IMG/VR virus record: IMGVR_UViG_3300033168_000203
Span: 1 to 45,525 of that record
From: a virus
Taxonomy: Duplodnaviria > Caudoviricetes
Strand: one strand, 5' to 3'
Length of the DNA: 45,525 nucleotides
Below, piece by piece: positions 34,001 to 43,695 of the stretch. The position numbers were made by a program, and so were the translations under genes. Every line of letters begins with the position of its first letter. Position 1 is the first letter of the stretch. The notes below the pieces were generated by a model, which did not search any database, was not told the origin of the DNA, and was given only the letters and a program-made list of their open reading frames with translations.

Positions 34001-36060
34001 CAACAACCACCTGGATTCACGACAACGTGATTGTGCCCGTGTTCAACGCGATCTCGGACACCTTCCACTGGCTGCACGACACCTCAATCAGGGTAGTAGT
34101 TGATCTGATCAACGCCGCTCTTGCCGGATGGGGTGAGGCCACCCACTTCCTGCACGAGCAGGTCATAAAGCCCGTTTTCGACGGCATCTCCACGTCCTTC
34201 CACTGGCTGCACGACAACGTGGTTCTGCCAGTGATTGATCTCATCAAGGCCGTGATCGCAGACCTGGAGAATGCGCTGCATGTCCTGTACGACGACGTGG
34301 TCAAGCCAGTATTCGATGCGATCGGCAGCATTATCCGAGGCTCCTACGACAACGTCATCAAACCGGCGTTCGAGGCACTGAAGACCGGGGTCCACGACGT
34401 CGGGTCCACGTTCGACACCGTGGTCACCGCCATCGGCGTCATCTGGGACAAAATGAAAGCCCTTGTGGCGACGCCGATCAACTTCGTGATCGACACCGTC
34501 CTGAATAACGGTTTGTTCAAGGCGTGGGATGATGTGGCGGGTTTGGTTGGCCTGCCGAAGGCCCCGCACATGGACCTAGTGAAGTTCGCTGATGGTGGTG
34601 TCATGCCTGGGTACACACCGGGGCAGGACGTGCACCAGTTCGTGTCTCCCACTGGCGGGCGTTTGGAGTTGTCCGGCGGTGAGGCCATCATGCGTCCGGA
34701 ATGGACCCGAGCCATGGGGGGGCCGGGGGCTGTCGCGGAGATGAACCGCGCCGCCCGCTCCGGCACGCTGTCGGCGTTCGTCGATGGTGGGATCGCGAGC
34801 TTCGCCGATGGTGGGGTCACCTGGCCGGCAATGTTTGAAATCGTCCGTAAGCAGTTCCCGTGGGCAGTGGACACTAGCGACTACCGGCCCGGCGACCCTG
34901 GTATGCACGGTAAGGGCCAAGCTCTGGACGTCGGTGCCCCCGGTGACAACCCCGGGCAGTTGGCAGAGGTGGCGGCATGGATCGGTAGCAACTACTCCAA
35001 TTCCACTCAACTGATCCACAACCCCAATGGCAGCATCGCGGGCGGGCATGCTGTGCCGCCGTCGTACTGGGGTGAGCCCGTATGGTCGCAGCACGCCAAC
35101 CACGTGCACTGGGGCAACGACCGCGACCCACACTTGAACTCGGGCAACCTGCTGGGCACCATCGGCAGCAACATTTCCAGCGCCGCGGGGGCGGTGACCC
35201 ACTTCCTGCGGGATCAGGTGGGCAACCTGTTCGACCTGGCGATGAAGCCGGTCAGTGCCGCTATCGGCTCGTTCGGTTCGCCGCCACCCGCGATCAAAGG
35301 TCTACCGAAGGCCATGTTCGACAAGACTGAGAGCAAGATCCGCGACTTCATCACCGGCAAAGCCGATGCGAAGGACGCCGCTAGCAGTGGTGGAGGCTCG
35401 GCGTCCCTGGGTCCTCTCGGTGGTAACGCCGACGCCTACGCGCACGAAATCTTCCGGTCCGCCACCGAACACGGGTTCGGCAAGGATGGCGCGGTCATCG
35501 GCTTGGCTACCGCCTTGGTCGAGTCCAATCTCCGCATGTACGCCAACGCTGGCGTCCCAGAGTCACTGGCCTTCCCGCACGATGCCGTGGGTTCTGACCA
35601 CGACTCGGTTGGCCTGTTCCAACAACGCCAAGCAGGGTGGGGAACCCTGGCAGAACGGATGAATGCGCACGCTTCCGCGGATTTGTTCTTCAACAAGCTG
35701 GGCGATTTCGACTGGCGGTCGATGGCCCCTGGTGCTGCAGCGCAGAGGGTGCAGGTTTCGGCGTTCCCCGAAGCCTACAACGGCCGCATCGGTGATGCCC
35801 GTGCGATGGTCGCCGGATTCGATGATGGCGGCTGGATGAAACCCGGCGATGTGGGTGCGAACTTCTCCACGAAGCCGGAGCCGGTGTTTTCCTCCTCGCA
35901 GTGGGAGGTGTTGCGCGCCAACCTCAACACCGGTGGCGGGGGTTCGAAGGTCACTGCCGGCATGCACTTCGACGCCGGGTCGGTCGTCAACATCACCAAC
36001 GAGGCCGAAACCAACCGGTTGGCCCGTAACGAGGCTGCCCGGTTGGCGGCGGCGTTCTGA
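31033..36060 (+). CDS. Tape measure protein with C-terminal cell-wall hydrolase domains
   Basis: 1675 aa; TP901-type core; ~11-residue W/F periodic repeats; 'HGKGQALD...HANHVHW' and 'ALVES...DSVGLFQQR..WG'. Confidence 0.96.
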   Translation: MSVGSVFVEIIPRVMGMSAAMTRDVVAPAEQGGTEAGRTFSTAFTRSVTSGTSATTAAVQSQVRAAQAAVEQSSVAISAARDKELAAADRVRIAETKLAEARTKYAADSSAVVAAEARVEAAKRGEVTASERLVLAESNEGRAKTELIARNDALATSNARAGESSAAGSSKALGLVGSLGKLAVGTTAVSAILGGDALHQAGNYQQSLTKLATTAGESTGNLKLVGDGLLNMAGEVGVSAQDLAKGMYTVESAGFHGADGLLVMKAAAEGSVQEQADLGHVTDAVTTALHDYNLPATDAAKVTSQLVTAVSHGKTTFDELTGAMHSVTPVAAAAGISLADAAGTLASMTASGMSADQAAQNLGSTIKGLSAPTQPVIKEMAALGLNSVELSKNLGKTGVAGTLQEVSEAILSKMGPAGTTLLSTLNQSKLAGNDATKMYQAMAPEVRKVADQLVNGTITSRQFTTGTGHLDAAMQGQAKSWLTQYKNATGFSAALKSGGNDTQTYMEALKRATGTTDGMAVALQVTGEHAGAANAAIKDIAGATAQSDGNIKGWDEVLKNFNLQVAKVVDSIRSWVIELGQKLLPAATELLKFLMDAGHWLGEHSRMIGEVAKWVGIAVGAFVAWRAAMIAGQAITVAWGVVMGVFNGTITAGTVATKLAAAGQWLWNVALDANPIGIVIVAISALVAGVIYAYTHFEGFRNVVNDVWEAMKLAFRWVETAGVNTWHALVAAFDWTKDAFNSVKDAGVSLWHELQSAWNALLDATKTVVGAIVGSWHSFTDTLSGYWTVLKNATTITVSQLVNTWHSFTSAISTAWNEVIKPTFEWIGNAFEMVGRIIFAVVGTVVLVQFRVFMATVHALWDDAIHPVLNWIGDLFHWLHDAVIKPVIGFINDAINAWGAAVHWLYDSVVKPVMDAIGAAWHWVYDTSVKIVTDLINDAIRGWATTVTWLHDNVIKPVFDAIAGAFHYLYDTSVKVVTDLINDAIRGWATTTTWIHDNVIVPVFNAISDTFHWLHDTSIRVVVDLINAALAGWGEATHFLHEQVIKPVFDGISTSFHWLHDNVVLPVIDLIKAVIADLENALHVLYDDVVKPVFDAIGSIIRGSYDNVIKPAFEALKTGVHDVGSTFDTVVTAIGVIWDKMKALVATPINFVIDTVLNNGLFKAWDDVAGLVGLPKAPHMDLVKFADGGVMPGYTPGQDVHQFVSPTGGRLELSGGEAIMRPEWTRAMGGPGAVAEMNRAARSGTLSAFVDGGIASFADGGVTWPAMFEIVRKQFPWAVDTSDYRPGDPGMHGKGQALDVGAPGDNPGQLAEVAAWIGSNYSNSTQLIHNPNGSIAGGHAVPPSYWGEPVWSQHANHVHWGNDRDPHLNSGNLLGTIGSNISSAAGAVTHFLRDQVGNLFDLAMKPVSAAIGSFGSPPPAIKGLPKAMFDKTESKIRDFITGKADAKDAASSGGGSASLGPLGGNADAYAHEIFRSATEHGFGKDGAVIGLATALVESNLRMYANAGVPESLAFPHDAVGSDHDSVGLFQQRQAGWGTLAERMNAHASADLFFNKLGDFDWRSMAPGAAAQRVQVSAFPEAYNGRIGDARAMVAGFDDGGWMKPGDVGANFSTKPEPVFSSSQWEVLRANLNTGGGGSKVTAGMHFDAGSVVNITNEAETNRLARNEAARLAAAF

Positions 36061-36890
36061 TGCAAACCCAACTGTGGTGGGTGGGTGTGGACGGGTCGTC
36101 GTGGAACCTGCTGACCGGTGAGCAGGGGATGTTGGCTCAGCAGGGTGTGAAGGGTTTGAAGCTGCCCACGTTCAAAAACCTGGCGTCCGTCTCGGCGCGG
36201 CAGGACGGGCAGGTGCACCGCGGCACCCGGTGGGACCCACGGACGGTGGTGTTGCCGTACTTCGTGGGCGATGTGGGCGGTGTGAGCACGCAGGGATTCG
36301 TGCAGGGTGATTGGCGTGCCCTGGACCGGGCTGTTGAGCAGTCGATGTCCACGGAGAACGTTTCGTGGCTGACGGTGATCTCCGATATCGGCGGTTACCG
36401 GACGTTGCAGGTGCGGATGATGGGCGCTCCCACGGAACTGGACACCGTTGACCCCGGCGGGCAAGGGGCGCAGCATTACTCGGCTGACTTCATCGCGGAC
36501 ATGCCGTGGTATCAGGGCATCCCCATCAAGGCCAGCTTCACCGGTGCCGGCGCCTTGGGCACTGCGAGTGTGGGTAACCCCGGCGACCGGGACACCCCAC
36601 CGGTGTTCACCGTGTACGGGCCGGGCAGCTACACCCTGGGCTGTGACCCGGCGAGGTTGACCACCATCCCGACCTTGGTGTCGGGGCAGACCGCGGTGTA
36701 CGACACCAACCCCTCTCGCCCCACCCTGGTTGATGGCACTAGGGTGAATCTGTGGCCGCAGCTCACGTCCCGCCCGTTGCGGGCTGCGTTACCTCCTGGC
36801 CCGTCCCGGCCGTTGTACCTGACCTACGCGGGTGCTGGTACGCCGCAGGTTGATGTGAGCTTCACGCCGAGGTTTGCGGGTCCGTGGTGA
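36060..36890 (+). CDS. Distal tail (Dit)-like minor tail protein
   Basis: 'W.G.DGS.WNL', 'NPGD....P.F...GPG'; follows tape measure. Confidence 0.8.
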   Translation: MQTQLWWVGVDGSSWNLLTGEQGMLAQQGVKGLKLPTFKNLASVSARQDGQVHRGTRWDPRTVVLPYFVGDVGGVSTQGFVQGDWRALDRAVEQSMSTENVSWLTVISDIGGYRTLQVRMMGAPTELDTVDPGGQGAQHYSADFIADMPWYQGIPIKASFTGAGALGTASVGNPGDRDTPPVFTVYGPGSYTLGCDPARLTTIPTLVSGQTAVYDTNPSRPTLVDGTRVNLWPQLTSRPLRAALPPGPSRPLYLTYAGAGTPQVDVSFTPRFAGPW

Positions 36891-38194
36891 GCGTCGATCT
36901 GGTCAAGCACACTGAGGCGCGGATGACGGTGACCGTGTGCGACAACCAGATGCTCGGCCAGGGTGAGGTGGGGGACTACTCCGACTGTCAGGTGGAGTTC
37001 ATCCGCAACGCCGCCGGCACGGGCACCCTGGCTGTCCCGTACTCCAACCCGCTGGCCCAGTTGCTCCGCCCCCACCGCTCGGATGGCACCCGTCCCACGG
37101 TCCCGGTGATCGTGGATATTGAGGTCGGCCCACCAAACGCTGTGGGTGTGCGGCAAACCCTGCGCTGGCCCGGCCTGGTCATGTCCACCTCCATCAAAGG
37201 TGATGTGGACAACCCGATCATCACCGCGACCCTGGTGCATTACTGGGAAATTTTGAAGCACATGCAGGCGTGGCCAAACCCGGCCCTGGACGTGTTGGTG
37301 CAGGCCCCGGCGTTCGACTTTCAGATCGGCCCGGTGGCCTCGGTCCTCGCCCACTACATCCGGGCTAACGCCCAACGCCTGGGGATTCCGGTGGTGGTCA
37401 TCAACCCACCCTCCCCGGACCTGTCGCCGATCATCAACCTCGCATCGCGGATGACGACCATCTCCGACCTGGTCACCAAGGCCATGAAGGACGTGGCGTG
37501 GACAGTCACGTGCACCCTGTGGTTGCCAGGTGACCCGCCGATCCCCGGTTACGGCTCGATCACCAACCCCACCATTGTGTTCCAGACGGTTCCGATGGTT
37601 TCGAGGCCGGGGGTGTTTTTCTCCGACACCACCGGTGAATGCTTTGGTGCTGATGTGGTGGACACCGCACAAACCGCGCACACCGTGATCGGCGGCGGTA
37701 AGTCACCTGATGTGGTGAACCAACTGTTGGTGAACCTGCTCGGCGGGTTCATCGGCGGGCTGCTGGCGAACTACTTCCTAGCGTTCAACCTGTACGTCGA
37801 CACGGTGAAGAAAGCTGCTGCCGGGGTGTACGGGCTGCCTGAGGTGTTCGTGGCCGCCGGGACGCAGGCGTTCACGACGAACATTCTGCAAGCCGGCATT
37901 CAGGGCTTGTTCGACACGTCGGGGAAGACGCGGGCCACGTTCTCCGTGTTGGACAACCTGTCCGGGCGCACGTTCGGTGTCGATTACGGGCTGGGGGATC
38001 AGGTGGCCGCCGAGCTGTGGGGCGAGGTTCACACCGAACCTGTGCAGTCGGTGGTGTTCAAAGACGACCGGTCCACGGGTCTGACTTCCACCATTGCCTG
38101 CGGGTTGGGTGAGGCCACCGAGGTTCCCTTGTTGAAAGTGGTGCGCCGGATCCAAGACCTCGTCGCCAACGTGCAATCCCTGATCACCGCCTAG
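36884..38194 (+). CDS. Minor tail protein (baseplate hub, Gp37-like)
   Basis: 'F.RN..GTG', 'GGKSP..VN', 'FG.DY.LGD.V'. Confidence 0.8.
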   Translation: MVSVDLVKHTEARMTVTVCDNQMLGQGEVGDYSDCQVEFIRNAAGTGTLAVPYSNPLAQLLRPHRSDGTRPTVPVIVDIEVGPPNAVGVRQTLRWPGLVMSTSIKGDVDNPIITATLVHYWEILKHMQAWPNPALDVLVQAPAFDFQIGPVASVLAHYIRANAQRLGIPVVVINPPSPDLSPIINLASRMTTISDLVTKAMKDVAWTVTCTLWLPGDPPIPGYGSITNPTIVFQTVPMVSRPGVFFSDTTGECFGADVVDTAQTAHTVIGGGKSPDVVNQLLVNLLGGFIGGLLANYFLAFNLYVDTVKKAAAGVYGLPEVFVAAGTQAFTTNILQAGIQGLFDTSGKTRATFSVLDNLSGRTFGVDYGLGDQVAAELWGEVHTEPVQSVVFKDDRSTGLTSTIACGLGEATEVPLLKVVRRIQDLVANVQSLITA

Positions 38195-38202
38195 GAGACA
38201 CT

Positions 38203-39225
38203 GTGCCCACTGCCCCGGCCCCTATCGCCACCTACCTGGCCAACCTGACCCTGAACTTTTACAACCTCGCCGATGTGCGTGCCACTGGGGATGCGGTGAT
38301 TCAGGTCATCGGCGGCAACGGGTCCATTTCCATTCCTGTGGCGCAGGGTGTGCAGGGGTTCTCTGTGTACGGGGGGTCCACGGTTCCCACGGCGGCGTCC
38401 CCGGCGGCTGCGGCGCCCATGGATCAGTACATTTACGCCGGAACGGGTGCTACTGCCCCGTTGGTGGTCAACACCGGTGATGTTCTCCGCAAAGCGGGGG
38501 ATGGTACGTGGGTGGTCGTCGGCAACATTCGCGGCCCGCAGGGCATTCAGGGTATTCCGGGTTTGAAGGGGGACCCGGGGCCGGGTGGTGCCACCACCCT
38601 CAATGACCGGGGTGCGTGGGCTGCCACGACCGCCTACGCCTACAACGATGTGGTCACCGCGAGCGGGCAACGGTGGCTGAACAAGACCCCGCATACTTCC
38701 GGTGCGACGTTCTCGGGGGCGACGAACTGGGTTCCACTGACCTTGCCTGGTGCCGGTGTGGTGGCCCGCGCACGGCGGATCACGGCCGCGGCGCTCGCAT
38801 CCGGTACCACACTGGCTTCGTCGTCGGCGATTGCATCACTGGCCAATATTCCTGTTACCGCCGGGCGCCTCTACAGGGTGTACACCAGCAGCCTGTTGGT
38901 GTACAGCAACGGTGCCACCACAATGGCGGTGGCGCAGGCAGCCGTCACCTACACCACTGATGGCACCGCACCCTCTGCTAGTTCCGCTCTGCTGAAGCAG
39001 GACGACGTTCAGGTGGGGATCGGCGGCTCCCCCGCAACCCTCGCCATTTCAGTGTCGTACGCACCGACAGTTACCGGCCTGCTGGGCCTTCTGTTGAGCT
39101 ATTTCATGCCCGTCACAGGTGGTGGTACCAGCGTCGGCATATCCGGGACGGCGACGGCCCCGATCGAACTTGTTGTCGAGGACATCGGCGTCGACCCCGG
39201 CGCCACCGGGAACGTCTCGTACTGA
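38203..39225 (+). CDS. Minor tail/fibre protein with short collagen-like and carbohydrate-binding-like segments
   Basis: 'GPQGIQGIPGLKGDPGPG'; 'GAWAATTAYAYNDVVT..G..W'. Confidence 0.75.
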   Translation: MPTAPAPIATYLANLTLNFYNLADVRATGDAVIQVIGGNGSISIPVAQGVQGFSVYGGSTVPTAASPAAAAPMDQYIYAGTGATAPLVVNTGDVLRKAGDGTWVVVGNIRGPQGIQGIPGLKGDPGPGGATTLNDRGAWAATTAYAYNDVVTASGQRWLNKTPHTSGATFSGATNWVPLTLPGAGVVARARRITAAALASGTTLASSSAIASLANIPVTAGRLYRVYTSSLLVYSNGATTMAVAQAAVTYTTDGTAPSASSALLKQDDVQVGIGGSPATLAISVSYAPTVTGLLGLLLSYFMPVTGGGTSVGISGTATAPIELVVEDIGVDPGATGNVSY

Positions 39226-39250
39226 TCATCACAACCCCGATGGAGGCTTC

Positions 39251-40756
39251 GTGACCGAGTTCAACGACGGCAACCAGTGGCACTACGTCACGGACCCGGC
39301 GGCCTACGAGCGCGCCCGGCTGATGTACGAGTACCGGGTCGCCTCGGGCAGTACGGGGCAGATGCTCGTGGACACCCAATGGGTTCAGCAGCGCGCCGCG
39401 ATGCAACCGCTTCTCGACGGGATGCTCTATTACCAGAAGCCGTACAACAAGGAATCCCCTGAGGCGCAGGCGAACCTGTTCTGCGACCTGCTCGGCCACC
39501 TGGCGCCCAACGAGATGGTCATGCTCGACATCGAGGGCGACATCAACGTCCCCGACCCCGCCGACTTCATGCGCCGTTGGTGCGCCGTGGTCGAACCCCG
39601 GCTGAACACCCTGGCCTGGATCTACGTGCCTCAATCATTGTCCGGGGCGCTGACAAGGGCTGTGACTGGCAACCGCATCGTCAAGGCCCCGAAGTACTCC
39701 GGCACCGACCAGCGTGGTCCAGCGCCGTCCTGGCCTTACGACGTGCACCAGTACACCGACAAGGGCGCGTTCCCCGGCGGCAACGGTCCCGGCGACGCGA
39801 ACTTCACCGACCTGACGGTGGCGCAGATGCTCGACCGCTGCCGCCTCGCCCCACCGCAACCAGCACCAGGAGTGCCCATGCCACCACGCCGCGCCATGTG
39901 GTCCCCCAACTGCGACGACCGGCCCCGCAACGTCACCTGGCTGTGTTTCCACACACAGGAGGGTGGTGGTACCGCTGACAGCTTGGCCCGGTATCTGGAC
40001 AACCCGGCCAGCGGTGTTTCCTACAACACGGTGGGTGACGCCGCCGAGCTGATCGACGTGGTTCCCTTCGACCGCTCCCCGTGGGCGGCGCTCGGGGCCA
40101 ACGGGCGAGCCGACCACTTCTGCTTCGGCGGCTCGTTCTCGGCGTGGTCCCGTCAGCAGTGGTTGGACTGCGGGATGCTCGACAACGCCGCCGCCTGGCT
40201 CGCTGACCGTGCCACCGTCCGCGGCATTCCCATCGCCTATGTGGGCACCGATGGTGTGCGCAACAACCAGCCCGGTGTCATCGGCCATGTCGACTGGACC
40301 CGCGGTGCCAATGAGGGTTCCCACACCGACCCCGGCCCCAACTTCCCGTGGGACGAACTGACCGCCCGCGCCCAACGCTTCACCAACCCTGCACCTCAAG
40401 GAGTAGATGTGACCCCCGACGAATGCCGCCAAGCCATCCGCGATGTCCTCAACGAACAGGCACCCACGAGGGTGCCTGGTTCCACGGTGAACCTGGGACT
40501 CGGGGATTGCATCCGCAACGCCGACGCCGCCAGCTTCATCGCCCTGCACGCGGTGACCGACCCGATCACCTCCGGCGTGCCCGGCTCCACAGTGCAGATG
40601 CCGCCGCGCGATGTGTGGCGCAACGCCGACGCTGCCGGGTTCGAGGAAGTGGCGCAGATGTTGCCGCAGATCGTGGCCCGCCTCGACGCCATCGACGCCC
40701 GACTCAACGCCCCGGCAGGCTCGACGGCTGCCTCGACCCCCACGGTAGGTGCCTGA
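39251..40756 (+). CDS. Endolysin (Lysin A): GH25-like muramidase, amidase_2 and C-terminal repeats
   Basis: GGAGG RBS; 'MLDIE', 'HQYT'; 'HTQEG...VSY...HTDPGPNFPW'; two 'VPGSTV......RNADAA.F' repeats. Confidence 0.9.
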   Translation: MTEFNDGNQWHYVTDPAAYERARLMYEYRVASGSTGQMLVDTQWVQQRAAMQPLLDGMLYYQKPYNKESPEAQANLFCDLLGHLAPNEMVMLDIEGDINVPDPADFMRRWCAVVEPRLNTLAWIYVPQSLSGALTRAVTGNRIVKAPKYSGTDQRGPAPSWPYDVHQYTDKGAFPGGNGPGDANFTDLTVAQMLDRCRLAPPQPAPGVPMPPRRAMWSPNCDDRPRNVTWLCFHTQEGGGTADSLARYLDNPASGVSYNTVGDAAELIDVVPFDRSPWAALGANGRADHFCFGGSFSAWSRQQWLDCGMLDNAAAWLADRATVRGIPIAYVGTDGVRNNQPGVIGHVDWTRGANEGSHTDPGPNFPWDELTARAQRFTNPAPQGVDVTPDECRQAIRDVLNEQAPTRVPGSTVNLGLGDCIRNADAASFIALHAVTDPITSGVPGSTVQMPPRDVWRNADAAGFEEVAQMLPQIVARLDAIDARLNAPAGSTAASTPTVGA

Positions 40757-41319
40757 TGTCCAAGCTCGCGCAGTACAACAAGAGCATCGTCGCCGTCCTC
40801 GGCTTGATCCTGCTGGTCGGTTCCGACGTGGTCAACAACCTCAACAACCTCCTGCCCGCACAGTGGATCGTCGCCCTCAACGTCGCCCTCGGGCTCATGA
40901 CGGCGTTCCTGACCTTCTGGGTCAAAAATGAGCAGTTGGTGGAGGACATCGCCCACGACGTGCAATCACCGTCGCTGCCCGGTGGTATCGACGCTGTGTC
41001 GAAGATGACCGAGTTGGCCGCCGGCATTCGTGCTGATGTTGCTGACGTCAAGTCGAACCTGCACCGGCCGTACACCCTCGGTGGCCTGATCCCGTCGCCC
41101 GCTCCCCGCGAGCCTGCGCCGGTGTCGGTGGTTGTCAACACCCCCGCCGCTGCGACTGCCCCCGTGGCTGTCGAGCCTGCACCGGTACCGCAGCCCGAGC
41201 CCGCACCGACCGGCACCTACCCGGACGGCCCGTACCTGCCGCCCAAGCCCGCCTACACCGGCCCGATCCCGCCTGTCTCCGAGCCTGTGGGAGCGACCGC
41301 AGTCAGCGCTACACCGTGA
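40756..41319 (+). CDS. Holin with Pro-rich C-terminal tail
   Basis: 'KSIVAVLGLILLV' and 'WIVALNVALGLMTAFLTFWVKN'; directly after the lysin. Confidence 0.8.
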   Translation: MSKLAQYNKSIVAVLGLILLVGSDVVNNLNNLLPAQWIVALNVALGLMTAFLTFWVKNEQLVEDIAHDVQSPSLPGGIDAVSKMTELAAGIRADVADVKSNLHRPYTLGGLIPSPAPREPAPVSVVVNTPAAATAPVAVEPAPVPQPEPAPTGTYPDGPYLPPKPAYTGPIPPVSEPVGATAVSATP

Positions 41320-41819
41320 TCCGGATACAGCTACACTTCCCCGAGCATCCCCGGCTGTGGCTCAAAACCCCGTCGGCCCGCCTCGGGCGCCGCGGGGGGG
41401 TGCTGCTGATCTTGGGTGTCATCTGGTTTTTTATCGGCGTCTCCACCGTCACCGACCCCTACGCCGGGGGCAGCCATACCCTGGGACTGTTCCACCAAAT
41501 GTTGCCGTCGTGGTTGCGGGGCACCCTGTGGATTGGCACCGCCCTGCTCGCCCTGTCCTCCGCGTGGCGGGTCGCCGGACGCCGCGACGACTGGGGGTAC
41601 ATGGGTTTGATCTTGATGCCCACTGTCTGGGCAATGTCCTACCTGTGGGCGTGGCTGGTCAACCTGGTTCCTGGGCCGCCGGACGGTGATCCCGCGGGGT
41701 GGTTGGGGTTCGTCGTGTGGGGCACCGTCACGATCCTCGTGTACACCATCTCGGGGTGGCCGGAAACACCAAAGTTCGTTCCCCCCGAAACAGAGGCGGC
41801 AGCGCATGTCGGCGACTGA
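41316..41819 (+). CDS. Four-TM membrane protein (lysis cassette)
   Basis: Four hydrophobic segments; 'GRRG..LL.LG'. Confidence 0.75.
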   Translation: MIRIQLHFPEHPRLWLKTPSARLGRRGGVLLILGVIWFFIGVSTVTDPYAGGSHTLGLFHQMLPSWLRGTLWIGTALLALSSAWRVAGRRDDWGYMGLILMPTVWAMSYLWAWLVNLVPGPPDGDPAGWLGFVVWGTVTILVYTISGWPETPKFVPPETEAAAHVGD

Positions 41820-42243
41820 GGTCCTCGGGTCGGTCGGTGCCGTTGCAGCGGCAGCCATCGGCTATTTCACTGTCCGACACACCGGGCGACAGGCACGCGA
41901 CGCCAACCGGGTTACCCGCGACGAGGACCAGGCGGCCGTCGTCTCCCACGACGACGTACAGCGCCGTCGTGACGTGGTGGAGTCCTGGGAAACGTTCACC
42001 ACCACCCTGCAAAAGCAGGGGGAGGCGCAGGACAAGAAGATCGCTGCGCAGAGTGCAAGGATCGACGATCTGGTAGATAGGACCGCCGAGCTCGGCCGCA
42101 AAATGGACAGGACGGGGCGCACCCTGAACGCCGCCATCGCCTACATCGAACGACTGCTGGACTTCATCAGCGCGCAACTGCCGGACCACCCGGCGGTGCC
42201 CGTGATGCCCGCTGAGGTCCGCCAACAGATGCACGAGCACTAG
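41806..42243 (+). CDS. Single-TM coiled-coil protein (lysis cassette)
   Basis: N-terminal TM then heptads; GAGG RBS. Confidence 0.75.
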   Translation: MSATEVLGSVGAVAAAAIGYFTVRHTGRQARDANRVTRDEDQAAVVSHDDVQRRRDVVESWETFTTTLQKQGEAQDKKIAAQSARIDDLVDRTAELGRKMDRTGRTLNAAIAYIERLLDFISAQLPDHPAVPVMPAEVRQQMHEH

Positions 42244-42252
42244 GAGCACCCC

Positions 42253-42762
42253 ATGACCGCACCATTGCCCCCCGAAGTGCCTGTTCGCCGTGTGGTGGGC
42301 ACCGACATCAACGACAACGGCGTTGGTATCAACGGGGTGTTGACGTTCACCGCGCAACCGGCTGAGTTGATCGCCCGCACCGCCAAGACCTCAATTTTCA
42401 CGCAGCCGAAGGTGCTGAACGTGACGGGGGGTGCGTTCACTGTGGACCTCATCGCCTACGACGGGGCCACCGTGGACGCCGGTCTCGGTGGGAAGCCGTG
42501 GGCGTATCAGGTCATCCGTTCCTGGCAGCCGCGCAACCCGTTCTACATCGTCGTCCCCAAAGGCCCGCTGGGCACCACAGCGGACCCTGTGCTGGACATT
42601 TCCGGCCTCATCGTCCCGTCACCACCCGCGGGTGTGGCCATCGTTGTCGGGCCACCCGGACCCGCGTCCACAGTCCCCGGCCCTGCCTCCACCGTCCCCG
42701 GACCTCCCGGACCTGCGTCCGTCGCCTACGACACCGATGGTGTCCCCTACCTGCTCGTCTAG
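42253..42762 (+). CDS. Minor tail/baseplate-like protein
   Basis: AGGAG RBS; beta-rich domain; 'GPASTVP' repeats. Confidence 0.65.
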   Translation: MTAPLPPEVPVRRVVGTDINDNGVGINGVLTFTAQPAELIARTAKTSIFTQPKVLNVTGGAFTVDLIAYDGATVDAGLGGKPWAYQVIRSWQPRNPFYIVVPKGPLGTTADPVLDISGLIVPSPPAGVAIVVGPPGPASTVPGPASTVPGPPGPASVAYDTDGVPYLLV

Positions 42763-42771
42763 GAGTGCATC

Positions 42772-43695
42772 ATGGTCCAGGCACCGAATAAGCGGCTTGT
42801 CACCGAAGCGTCCACCGTGTTCGATGGACGGTACAAGGACACCACAAAAGCAACCGGTGTAAGCAACCCTGCTGTTATTCGCACTATCACCGACCCGAAT
42901 CGTATTGCCAGCAAGTGGCGTGAACTTGTCAACACGGGCATGTTCCAAACCACGAAACCTGATCCGACGTATTTCCTGGGGTGGAATGCTGACAAGGCTG
43001 CCGGTGGTGGTGATGTTGCCGAGCCCGCCATCTACATGGGGTTCGAGGCCGACTATTGGGACACGGCCACCAACCGCACCATGGAGTGGTATGTCGGGGT
43101 GATCCGCGCTGACGGCTCGGGCCCGCAGTTCCGCCCGTTTGCGTTCACCGCTGCCCGCGACAGCAACCTCGACCTGTCCGCGTCGGTCCTGGTGGACATC
43201 GGAAACAACGCGAACGGTAGTACTCGTTCTGCGTTCAATGTGGCGGGCAACGGTGTGGCGTTCTTCGCTGTCACCCCGAGTGGTGCCACCTTCGCCAGCG
43301 GCCAGGTGAACGTCCTCGGCGGGACGCCAACCTTCAATATTGGTGACGGCACCGCAGTGGCGGACGCGCAGTTCAATCTCAACGCGAAGGCCACGGCCGC
43401 GACATCCTTGAACTTTTTGTCGGCATCCAGCGGAAAGTGGCGGATATGGACCGGTGCGGGCAACGCTTTCCTCGCGACGTTCGACCTAACCAACAACAAG
43501 TACCACATGATTCATGACCCTGGGGCAACCCCTGATACCGCTACCACACGGTTTATGGCAACACCACAGTTCAACGGCACCCAACCGACCACTGCCGCCG
43601 CCGGGACCGCCGTCGCTCTGCCCGCCACCCCGCAGGGTTACTTCCAAATCAAGGACGCCGCTGGGGTGTCACGGAAGGTTCCCTACTATGTCTAG
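42772..43695 (+). CDS. Putative tail fibre / receptor-binding protein
   Basis: Beta-rich; C-terminal 'ALPATPQGY..I.....RKVPYY'. Confidence 0.65.
   Translation: MVQAPNKRLVTEASTVFDGRYKDTTKATGVSNPAVIRTITDPNRIASKWRELVNTGMFQTTKPDPTYFLGWNADKAAGGGDVAEPAIYMGFEADYWDTATNRTMEWYVGVIRADGSGPQFRPFAFTAARDSNLDLSASVLVDIGNNANGSTRSAFNVAGNGVAFFAVTPSGATFASGQVNVLGGTPTFNIGDGTAVADAQFNLNAKATAATSLNFLSASSGKWRIWTGAGNAFLATFDLTNNKYHMIHDPGATPDTATTRFMATPQFNGTQPTTAAAGTAVALPATPQGYFQIKDAAGVSRKVPYYV

Noticed and set aside
20693-42357. Long antisense ORFs over structural genes (e.g. 20693-21793, 24298-25257, 29417-30742)
   Set aside because: Typical shadow ORFs of high-GC coding sequence, with no motifs.
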